64,000 bases of DNA. Source: a virus (Duplodnaviria; Caudoviricetes). The stretch spans positions 7,909 through 71,908 of the IMG/VR virus record IMGVR_UViG_3300049142_000058; one strand, given 5' to 3'. Below, in pieces: positions 56,897 through 64,000 of the stretch. How positions within the stretch are numbered: the first letter of the stretch is position 1; each line of letters opens with the position of its first letter. The notes under the pieces were generated by a model. That model had not been told where the DNA came from, ran no database searches, and saw only the letters and a program-made list of their open reading frames with translations. Position numbers and translations under genes: made by a program.

Positions 56897-57297
56897 ACCA
56901 GTTCCTCCGGGCTCAGGCCGACAATCTGGTAGGTGGTCACCTCGCCGGAGTGCTCGATTTGCTTCGGCGCCTCCAGCCCGTGCAGGCGGACGATGCGCTC
57001 GGTCATGCGTCCCGCCTCCGCTGCGGCGCGCACGTTGCCCTTGAGTGCCTCCGGCATGAGGGCGGCGATCAGCCGCTCATACCGCATGCCGGCGAGCTGC
57101 CGCATGGTGTCGGCGCTCTCGTTCTCCTCCTTGCGGGCCTTGTCCAGGGCGCGCCGTACGTCCCGGCATGCGCTGTGGCGGTCCCGGTACTGGAGCCGGG
57201 TGGTGATGGTGTCCCAGTCCACCCCGGCCAGCCGCATCTGTATCGCCTTGGCGCGGCGTTCTGCCACGGCCGCTTGCTGCGCCTTGGATGCGGGCAT
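56893..57297 (-). CDS. Terminase small subunit (HTH)
   Basis: RRAKAIQMRLAG..W..I...L.Y; RLHGLEAP; directly upstream of terL. Confidence 0.85.
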   Translation of the reverse strand: MPASKAQQAAVAERRAKAIQMRLAGVDWDTITTRLQYRDRHSACRDVRRALDKARKEENESADTMRQLAGMRYERLIAALMPEALKGNVRAAAEAGRMTERIVRLHGLEAPKQIEHSGEVTTYQIVGLSPEELV

Positions 57298-57382
57298 TGG
57301 TCACCTCCTGTGTCTGGTCGGGGCCGCGTCCCTATTGGGGCCGCGTGGCGGGGTCATGGGGCCCCGTGGGCGGGTGGGGTGG

Positions 57383-58000
57383 TTAGGCGGCCATGAGCCG
57401 GTGCAGGTCTGCCCGGGCCTGGGGGTCGGTCTGGAAGGCGCCGGTGTAGGAGGCGGTGACCATGACGCTGCCGGGCTTGCGGGCGCCGCGGTGGGCGAGG
57501 CAGCCGTGTTCGCTGCGGATGATGCAGGCGGAGCCGAGGGGGGCTAGGTGCGTGTCCAGGGCGTCGGTCACCTGCCGGGTGAGTTGCTCCTGTGTCTGGA
57601 GGCGGCGGGCGTACACGTCCAGGACCCTGGGGAGCTTGGACAGGCCGGCGACCTTGCCGTCCGGGTGCGGCTGATAGGCGATGTCGGCGGTGCCGGTGAA
57701 CGGCAGCATGTGGTGGGCGCAGAGGCTGGTGAAGGGGACGCCGGTGACGACGATGGGGGTACCGGGGTGGTCCACGGGGAACACGCGTGCGAGGTGCTTG
57801 CCGGGGTGCTCGTCGTAGCCGGCGGTCATCTCGGTGAGGGCGCGCAGGACCCGGTCCGGGGTGTCCACGACCTCGGGGTGGTCGGGGTCGATGCCGCGGG
57901 CAGTGAGCCAGGCGCGTACGCCGTCCCGGAAGACGTGGGCGGCTCCCTCGTGGTCGCCTTCCCGGACGAGGGGGTGCGTGCGGGGGAAGTAGGTGGTCAT
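57383..58000 (-). CDS. folE: GTP cyclohydrolase I
   Basis: DTPDRV.RA, FTSLCAHHMLPF.G, GLSKLPR, RLQTQE, HGCLAHRG. Confidence 0.95.
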   Translation of the reverse strand: MTTYFPRTHPLVREGDHEGAAHVFRDGVRAWLTARGIDPDHPEVVDTPDRVLRALTEMTAGYDEHPGKHLARVFPVDHPGTPIVVTGVPFTSLCAHHMLPFTGTADIAYQPHPDGKVAGLSKLPRVLDVYARRLQTQEQLTRQVTDALDTHLAPLGSACIIRSEHGCLAHRGARKPGSVMVTASYTGAFQTDPQARADLHRLMAA

Positions 58001-58003
58001 GGC

Positions 58004-58741
58004 TCAGCGGCCCCTTTCGTCGCCCCACGCCTGCACGTGGAGACGTCCGGACAGGTTGAAGCCCGCGGCCATGGCCGGGTCGGCGATGGCGCGCAGGTGG
58101 GTGGTGATGGTGTGGGCGTCGGTGCCCTCCGGCATGACCCACACGAGGCGCGGCGGGATGCCGTAGTGCTCGGTGAGCCGGGTGACCTGCTCCACGTGCA
58201 GCTCGGTGGCGCACACGAACTTGAACGCGGCGCGCTCCGTCCAGCGCAGGACGGCGAGGGCCTTGCCGTTGATGCGCTTGTGCTCCGGGTCGCCGGCGTG
58301 CTGGAGCTTCGGGGAGACGTTGAAGCGGGTCACGGTGTCAGCGGTGTACGGGGTGGGCGCGATGGTGCCGTTGGTCTCCACCTCGATCTCCACGCCGGCC
58401 GCGGTGAGCGCGTGCAGGAGTGAGGTCCAGCCGGGTTTGTTCTGCTGGAGGAGGGGCTCCCCGCCGGTGATGACGACGATGTCCGGGTCGCCGTCCAGCA
58501 GCTGCGGCATGAGGTCCCCGACGCGTCGCCGCTTGAGTTCCTTGCGGAGGTCGAACCGGGAGGCGTCCCACGTGTAGGGGGTGTCGCACCAGTCGCAGGA
58601 GAGGTTGCAGGCGCCGAGGCGGAGGAAGGAGGCGCGCCGGCCGGTGCTCGGGCCCTCTCCTTGCACGGTGCGGCTGAACGTCTCGGACACGATCAGGGTG
58701 TGGTCGGCGGACACGGTGACGGGGACGGTGTCGGCGCTCAC
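58004..58741 (-). CDS. queE: 7-carboxy-7-deazaguanine synthase (radical SAM)
   Basis: VQGEG, RLGACNLSCDWCDT, VITGGEPLLQ, ETNGT, SPKL, LHV.AWG..RG. Confidence 0.95.
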   Translation of the reverse strand: MSADTVPVTVSADHTLIVSETFSRTVQGEGPSTGRRASFLRLGACNLSCDWCDTPYTWDASRFDLRKELKRRRVGDLMPQLLDGDPDIVVITGGEPLLQQNKPGWTSLLHALTAAGVEIEVETNGTIAPTPYTADTVTRFNVSPKLQHAGDPEHKRINGKALAVLRWTERAAFKFVCATELHVEQVTRLTEHYGIPPRLVWVMPEGTDAHTITTHLRAIADPAMAAGFNLSGRLHVQAWGDERGR

Positions 58742-59187
58742 GCGGCGGCCCCGAGGTGTGAGGGGGTCCAGGTGGCGGCGTTGACGTGGGTCTCCTGCAC
58801 GTGGACGCGGGAGACGTACGCCCCGGGGGCGCGCACGAGCCGCTCCAGGCTGTCGGCGGCCACCTCCGCGAGCATGGCGGCCACGTTCTCGACGGTGGGG
58901 TAGCCGGGCACCTCGTGGACCTTGCAACTGTTGGCGCGCAGCACGGGCAGCAGGGGATCGTCCGGGCCGAGCATGACGCCGTGGTCCAGGTGCTCGTCGA
59001 TCCAGGTGCGCAGCTCCCGCTTGAACGGGCCGAACTCCACGACGAGGCCCGTGGCGTCCAGGTCGGGGGCCTGGACGGTGATGTCGAACCACCAGGAGTG
59101 CCCGTGCAGAGACAAGCACTTGCCGGGCAGGTGCGGGAGGCGGTGGGCGGTCTCCGCGTTGTGCCGGACGGTGACGGCGTGGGGCAT
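58738..59187 (-). CDS. queD: 6-carboxy-5,6,7,8-tetrahydropterin synthase
   Basis: AHRL...GKC..LHGHSW, LDHG, PTVENVA, VQET. Confidence 0.93.
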   Translation of the reverse strand: MPHAVTVRHNAETAHRLPHLPGKCLSLHGHSWWFDITVQAPDLDATGLVVEFGPFKRELRTWIDEHLDHGVMLGPDDPLLPVLRANSCKVHEVPGYPTVENVAAMLAEVAADSLERLVRAPGAYVSRVHVQETHVNAATWTPSHLGAAA

Positions 59188-59198
59188 GGCGGTGCTCC

Positions 59199-59642
59199 TC
59201 AGATGTCGTGGGTGTAGGGGATGGCCACGGTGTAGCGGGTGGTGCCGTTGTCGTGGCCGATGTCGTCGTGGACGCCGACGACATCGAGGTGCACGGCGCG
59301 CAGCCGGTAGGTGCCGCCCCACTGCTGCCACTCCGGGGCCACGTAGCCGTCCAGGTGGGCCCACAGCCGGTCTGCCACGTCCTCGTTGGTGGCGTCCTTG
59401 AACGGGCGGCGCGTCAGCTCGTGGATGCGCCGCTCGAGCGCAGCGTTCGTCTCCTGGAAGGAGGGGTAGCCGTGGCGGCCGACGGTGTCGTAGACGACGG
59501 TGACGGCGCCGGTGTGGGAGTGAGCGCGCAGCCCCATGGGCCGGTTGACGTTCGTGAAGTAGATGCCGATGGGGCCGACGGTGACCGTGCGGACGAGGCC
59601 GGCGGTGTCGGGGGTGGGGGTGGTGGGCTGCTCGGTGGTCAT
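59199..59642 (-). CDS. Divergent QueD-like T-fold protein
   Basis: HSHTGAVTV resembles HGHxxxVxV and ATNEDVA resembles PTxENxA; lacks the QueD Cys. Confidence 0.6.
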   Translation of the reverse strand: MTTEQPTTPTPDTAGLVRTVTVGPIGIYFTNVNRPMGLRAHSHTGAVTVVYDTVGRHGYPSFQETNAALERRIHELTRRPFKDATNEDVADRLWAHLDGYVAPEWQQWGGTYRLRAVHLDVVGVHDDIGHDNGTTRYTVAIPYTHDI

Positions 59643-60550
59643 GAGGTGGTCCCTTGCTGGTCTCGGGTGGCGCCGTGGGAGGCGTGGACGAGGTTGGTTG
59701 TGCTGCCTTCCGCGAGGTACAGGTGCAGCCCGGGCGGGGAGGGTGCGCCGTGGCGGCTGATGGGGTTGCGGGGGCTGTCCGGGATGCTGATGAGGCCGTG
59801 GCGTTGCCGGAAATACAGCTCCATGCGGCGCCATGCGACGGCGGCGAGGGCCGCGGCATGGCGGGCGTTGTAGGCGGCGCGGGAGGCGAACACGGCCGGG
59901 TCGGCGTGGTGGGCGCGCAGCAGGTCCCGGTGCTGGAGGAGCCCGGCCTTGTCCCGCAGGTTGACCTTGACCCACTGGCCGCGGGCGGTGTCGAACAGGC
60001 TCAGGTAGCCGTAGCGGAAGCTGGAGCCCCACGTGGAGGAGTCCACGGAGTAGAAGGGGAACTCCCGCAGGACGCGCCACGTGGTCATGCCGAAGCCGTG
60101 GAAGACGGCGCGGCCGTCGGCGATCTGGAAGACCTTGGCCAGCCACTTGATGACTTCCGGCACCGGGTTGCCCAGCAGCTTGCCGAGGGCGATGTACGTA
60201 TAGCCGTCGGCGATGTACCGCTCCAGCCACTCCCACGGGTCCCCGGTGTGGAAGACGGGGATCGGGGTGAGGCCGTGTTCCAGCTCAAGGCGCCGCTGGT
60301 TGTCCCAGGTGGCTTGCGGGCCACCGATCACGTCCAGGTTGGCGTACAGGGTGAGCTGCTCATCCCAGCGGTGGCACCACGCCGCGTAGTCCTCAAGGGT
60401 GAGGTGCAGGCCCAGGGTGCGGGCGGAGTGCGCGCCGGAGTCCCCGAACACCCACGTGCCGGGGGTGGCCATCTTGCCGGTGAGGTCGCGCATGTCGGTG
60501 GTGCGGAAGAACGCGTAGGAGCACAGCACCTTGAACGGCTGATCGGTCAC
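59639..60550 (-). CDS. DpdA/TGT-like transglycosylase (paralog B)
   Basis: GDSGAHS, NLDVIG, PVFH, IALGKL, HGFG, YSVDSSTW. Confidence 0.8.
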   Translation of the reverse strand: MTDQPFKVLCSYAFFRTTDMRDLTGKMATPGTWVFGDSGAHSARTLGLHLTLEDYAAWCHRWDEQLTLYANLDVIGGPQATWDNQRRLELEHGLTPIPVFHTGDPWEWLERYIADGYTYIALGKLLGNPVPEVIKWLAKVFQIADGRAVFHGFGMTTWRVLREFPFYSVDSSTWGSSFRYGYLSLFDTARGQWVKVNLRDKAGLLQHRDLLRAHHADPAVFASRAAYNARHAAALAAVAWRRMELYFRQRHGLISIPDSPRNPISRHGAPSPPGLHLYLAEGSTTNLVHASHGATRDQQGTTS

Positions 60551-61476
60551 GCGGCGGCCTCCTGCTGGCGGGCGCGGTGCAGGCCGACGGACGCGCGGAT
60601 GATCTTGGTGGTGGTGGTCTCCGCGAGGTACAGGTGCAGCCCGGCCGGGGCGGGCGGCCGTCCGTCCCGGGCGACCGGGTCACGGGGGCTCGGCGGGATG
60701 GTGATCGGGCCGTGACGGTGGCGCAGGTACTCCTCAGCGCGGCGCCACGCGATGGCGGCGAGCCCGGCCCACGCGGTGCGGTCGTACGTGGTCTTGCTCG
60801 CGAAGTGCATGGGGTCCGCGCCGTGGGCGCGCAGCAGGTCCCGGTGCTCAAGCAGCGCGGCCTTGTCCCGCATCTGGAAGGTGATGAACTGCGCGCGGCC
60901 GGGGTCGAACACCTTGACCAGGCCGAACCGGAAGGGCTGGGCCCAGGTGGAGGAGTCCACGCTGTAGAACGGGAACTCCTTGAGGGCGGGCCACACGGTG
61001 AGGCCGAAGCCGTGGAAGACGGCGCGGCCGTCGGCGATCTGGAAGGCCTTCGCGAGCCACGGCAGCACCTCGGCGATGGGGTTACCCAGCAGCTTGCCGA
61101 GGGCTATGTACGTGTAGCCCTCGTCGATGTAGCGCTCCAGCCACTCCCACGGGTCCCCGGTGTGGAACACGGGGATGGGGGTGAGGCCGTGCTCGGTCTC
61201 AAGGCGCTTCTGGTTCTCCCACGTGGCCTGCGGGCCGCCGATGACGTCCAGGTTGGCGTACAGGGTGAGGTGGTGGTTCCAGCGGTGGCACCACGCCGCG
61301 TAGTCCTCAAGGGTCAGGTGCAGCCCCAGGGTGCGGGCGGAGTGCGCGCCGGAGTCCCCGAACACCATGGACTCCGTAGCGATCTTGGCGAGGAACGCGT
61401 CCATGTTGGTGCCGCGGTAATAGGCGTATGAGGACAGCACCTTGAGCGGCTGGTCCAGGCCGGCGTGAGTGGTCAT
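60547..61476 (-). CDS. DpdA/TGT-like transglycosylase (paralog A)
   Basis: Same motifs; central DNA nearly identical to paralog B. Confidence 0.8.
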   Translation of the reverse strand: MTTHAGLDQPLKVLSSYAYYRGTNMDAFLAKIATESMVFGDSGAHSARTLGLHLTLEDYAAWCHRWNHHLTLYANLDVIGGPQATWENQKRLETEHGLTPIPVFHTGDPWEWLERYIDEGYTYIALGKLLGNPIAEVLPWLAKAFQIADGRAVFHGFGLTVWPALKEFPFYSVDSSTWAQPFRFGLVKVFDPGRAQFITFQMRDKAALLEHRDLLRAHGADPMHFASKTTYDRTAWAGLAAIAWRRAEEYLRHRHGPITIPPSPRDPVARDGRPPAPAGLHLYLAETTTTKIIRASVGLHRARQQEAAA

Positions 61477-62153
61477 GCTGCGGCGCCCTGCCGGTACAGC
61501 TCCACCTCGTTGAGCAGGCCGCGCAGCTTGGCCTCATCGTCGGTGCCCTCGTGGTGGTCCAGGGCGCGGCGCCACCGGTCGAACACGCCGGCGTCCACGG
61601 TGATCTTGATCTGCGGGCGGAACACGTCCTCATTGGGGGCGCCGTGCTTCTCCACCAGCTCCTCCGGCTCATCCGGCGGGGCGGCGAGGAGGTTGGTGAT
61701 GTCCTCAAGGTCTTGGGAGCTGTAGCCGGTGCCCTCAAGGGTGTCCAGGGAGCCGAGGAGTTCGGAGAGAGCGTCGTAGTCGTACGTGCCCTTGTCGGAG
61801 GTGCGGTTGTCGGCGATGTTCACCGCGGTGGCGGTCTGGTCATCGCACTCCAGCACATCCGCGCGGGCCACGGGCTGCCAGGACGGCACACCGCCGCACA
61901 GGCCGCAGCCCTTGTGTCCGCAGCTGCCGGGCCCGTGCTCGGCTATGGCCTGCACGGTGTGGTTACCCGCGAGGACGACGAGGCGCCCGTTGCCCTCATC
62001 GCGCACCACGATGGCCCGGTACTGGCCGTTACGGCGCAGGCTCGCGAGGATCGTGGGGACGTCGCCCCTCTTGGCGTTACCCGGGAACGGCGTCAGCTCC
62101 TCCACGGGCAGGAGGACGCCGGTGGCCTTGACGCGTACGGGGGTGGTGGTCAT
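61473..62153 (-). CDS. ParB/Srx-like domain protein (paralog B)
   Basis: NAKRGDV..I..SL..NGQYRAIVV...VLAGNHT..A; IADNRT.D. Confidence 0.85.
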   Translation of the reverse strand: MTTTPVRVKATGVLLPVEELTPFPGNAKRGDVPTILASLRRNGQYRAIVVRDEGNGRLVVLAGNHTVQAIAEHGPGSCGHKGCGLCGGVPSWQPVARADVLECDDQTATAVNIADNRTSDKGTYDYDALSELLGSLDTLEGTGYSSQDLEDITNLLAAPPDEPEELVEKHGAPNEDVFRPQIKITVDAGVFDRWRRALDHHEGTDDEAKLRGLLNEVELYRQGAAA

Positions 62154-62156
62154 GAG

Positions 62157-62795
62157 TCACTCCGAGGGGTGGGCGCGGCGGGCGCGGTCGAGGAGGTAGC
62201 GGAAGCGCTCCGCGTCGTCGTTGGGATTGGGGCACTGGAGGGTGAGCCCGTAGAAGTCATCCCGGACGTCCTGCGGGACGCGGAACTTGAGGACGGGCCA
62301 GAACTCGCCGGCGGGGGCGTCGCCGTCCTCGGCCGGCGCCGCGTCCGGGTCCGGGCCGTCCGGGCTGCGGTAGGTGTCTTGGAGCTCATCCAGGGAGGGC
62401 GGCGGGGCGAGGAGCCGCTCCACGTCCGCATCGCTGTAGGCGGTGCCGGCGTAGTCCCCATCCAGTTGTGAGAGCACCTCGGCCAGGGCATCCAGGTCCG
62501 TCTTGCCGCGCTGCGCGGTGCGGTTGGCGGCGAGCATGATCTTGCGGGCCTGGTGGTCGTCCACGTCCATCACGACGGCGTCAATGTGGGTGTGGCCCAG
62601 CTCCCGCGCGGCCTGGAGCGTGTGGTTGCCGGACAGCACATGCCGGCTGGAGGCCTGGACGACGATGGGCAGGAAGCGCCCGTTCTCCTCCAGGGACTCC
62701 TTGATCGCGGCCACGTCGCCGCGGTTGGGGTTCTCCGGGTGCGGCACCAGGGAGTCGACAGGCACGTACTCCAGCAGGTCACGGATGGACTGCAC
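62157..62795 (-). CDS. ParB/Srx-like domain protein (paralog A)
   Basis: PHPENPNRGDV..I.ESL.ENG...PIVV...VLSGNHTL.AA; LAANRT. Confidence 0.85.
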   Translation of the reverse strand: MQSIRDLLEYVPVDSLVPHPENPNRGDVAAIKESLEENGRFLPIVVQASSRHVLSGNHTLQAARELGHTHIDAVVMDVDDHQARKIMLAANRTAQRGKTDLDALAEVLSQLDGDYAGTAYSDADVERLLAPPPSLDELQDTYRSPDGPDPDAAPAEDGDAPAGEFWPVLKFRVPQDVRDDFYGLTLQCPNPNDDAERFRYLLDRARRAHPSE

Positions 62796-62824
62796 AGCTC
62801 TCCCCGGGCACAAGGGGGTCGAGA

Positions 62825-62860
62825 CTCGGCCGATACGCCAGGCAGTCACCAGCAGGATAG
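62825..62860 (-). promoter_or_regulatory. Conserved phage promoter motif upstream of the ParB-DpdA-Que operon
   Basis: CTCGGCCGATACGCCAGGCAG-N8-AGGATA, same family as the MCP and major tail promoters. Confidence 0.65.
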
Positions 62861-62914
62861 GCGCAGGTGGGCCCCACCGTGGCGGTGCAACCGGGAGTGG
62901 CCTTGTTGAGGGGG

Positions 62915-63667
62915 TCAGGCACGCCCTGATCTGCGGCTGTCCTGCTCCTCCTGCCACTCACGGAAGGAGCGGCCGTTCATGCGGCGCCGGTACTGGGGGA
63001 TGTTGTTGGAGGGGATGCCGACCGGCGCCGGGCCCAGGACGGCCAGGAGGTCTGAGGCGGTCTGGTTGTGCCAGCCGGCGGCGCGGATGGCTTCCTCGTC
63101 GGTGAACACGTCGGCCACGCGGTCCCGGCGGGGGTCAAGCAGCGCGTCCTGTCGGCCGCCGTAGGAGTACACCCACCGGAAGTTGCGGGGCGGGGCGGGC
63201 TCCACGAGGCGCCGGAACCGCTCCACCTCCTTGGTGTAGGCGTAGAAGTTCACCCCGGGGCGGAAGTGCATCACGCGCAGCCACGCGGCGAGGTACTCAT
63301 CGCTCAGGAAGTCCCCGGCGTCATGGACGCGCACCCATGCGCCCTGCATGCGGGGGCTGCCCAGCTCCGCCACCATCTGGCGTTGCCAGCCGGGCAGGTC
63401 GTCCAGCACGTAGGCAAGGTTCTGCTGGTGGCGCTTGATGACCCCGGGGAAGTTGTACGTCCCGTTCCTCGCGTAACAGGCCAAACCACAGACCCCAGCA
63501 GCCGGGCACGTCTTGACGGTGCGTCCGTCCGGCAGGCGCGTGGCCAGGGCGGGCAACGTCCAGTTCCATATGCCCTCCTCCCGCAGCTCAGAGTTCTGCG
63601 TGAGGAGCCTCTCAGGGCGGCGCGCCCACCGCGGGCGTACTCGAGGTGCCGGCATATCCGTGGTCAT
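62915..63667 (-). CDS. GP88-like protein (radical-SAM-like Cys motif)
   Basis: WTLPA, TCPAAGVCGLACYA, VRVHDAGDF, FYAYTK, YSYGG. Confidence 0.8.
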   Translation of the reverse strand: MTTDMPAPRVRPRWARRPERLLTQNSELREEGIWNWTLPALATRLPDGRTVKTCPAAGVCGLACYARNGTYNFPGVIKRHQQNLAYVLDDLPGWQRQMVAELGSPRMQGAWVRVHDAGDFLSDEYLAAWLRVMHFRPGVNFYAYTKEVERFRRLVEPAPPRNFRWVYSYGGRQDALLDPRRDRVADVFTDEEAIRAAGWHNQTASDLLAVLGPAPVGIPSNNIPQYRRRMNGRSFREWQEEQDSRRSGRA

Positions 63668-63999
63668 GCCGCGTCCACTCCCGCGGCCTTGAGGAGAGCG
63701 GCCACGGTCACGACCCCGTCATGAGCGTGGCGGGAGTCCAGCACCGCCACGAGGGTGCGCAGGCCGCGGAGCACCATGTCCGGCGCCTCCTCCCCCGGGA
63801 ACGTCTCCCGGGCCGCGGTCATGAGGCGGGCGGCCTCCTCGCGGTCGGCGGGCGCGTAGTGCAGCACCAGGGGCACCCGCTCATGGGAGAACTGCGGGGT
63901 AAGCCCCGCCGGGGCGTGGGTTGTGTCGGCCGGCGCGGGGGTGTCGGCGCCGTCGGCCGCGGCCTGCTGGGCGGCCGGGGCGGGCGTGGGGGTAGAGGC
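63664..63999 (-). CDS. Hypothetical protein, C-terminal part (open to window edge)
   Basis: Frame open from 63999 (ASTPTPAPAAQQ...) through VPLVLHY...GVDAA*. Confidence 0.6.
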   Translation of the reverse strand, partial: ASTPTPAPAAQQAAADGADTPAPADTTHAPAGLTPQFSHERVPLVLHYAPADREEAARLMTAARETFPGEEAPDMVLRGLRTLVAVLDSRHAHDGVVTVAALLKAAGVDAA

Positions 64000-64000
64000 G

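Larger units (their letters stand above)
1..64000. mobile_element. Temperate actinophage (Streptomyces-type siphovirus) genome segment, unintegrated attP configuration
   Basis: Terminase, portal, capsid, tail, tape measure, endolysin, integrase, repressor, RecT/YqaJ and RusA occur in canonical order. The att core is flanked by phage genes on both sides. Confidence 0.93.

Noticed and set aside
57383-61476. Queuosine tRNA-modification pathway
   Set aside because: The TGT-like proteins lack the C-terminal Zn site and pair with ParB-like and terminase genes, which fits DNA (DpdA) rather than tRNA modification.
57300-64000. QueC, QueF, Gat-QueC or a DNA methyltransferase in the modification module
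   Set aside because: No SGGxDS PP-loop or methyltransferase motifs in any ORF; such genes could lie beyond the window edge.

Overview
The window is almost entirely one high-GC temperate actinophage, most likely a Streptomyces siphovirus. The att core is intact and has phage genes on both sides, with no full tRNA, so this looks like the free or circular form rather than an integrated prophage. Nearly all genes lie on the minus strand. Read right to left: (1) a GP88-like protein, 2x ParB-like, 2x DpdA/TGT-like, a divergent T-fold protein, QueD, QueE and FolE, forming a 7-deazaguanine DNA-modification module with no QueC in the window, placed directly before terS/terL; (2) a small moron; (3) DUF1360-like, portal, a MuF/2H-phosphoesterase/protease fusion and the major capsid protein; (4) an unusually Cys-rich head-accessory and tail module, tape measure and lysis cassette; (5) an XRE-TPR-associated cargo cassette holding a complete graspetide + PIMT-methyltransferase (graspimiditide-type) RiPP cluster; (6) an attP matching a tRNA 3' end (best fit from memory tRNA-Leu bldA), a tyrosine integrase and a repressor/Cro switch; (7) early genes: YqaJ/RecT, RusA, vWA-TerF-like, an Arr-like ADP-ribosyltransferase and a replication initiator with iterons. 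All family assignments come from motif recognition by eye, not database searches.
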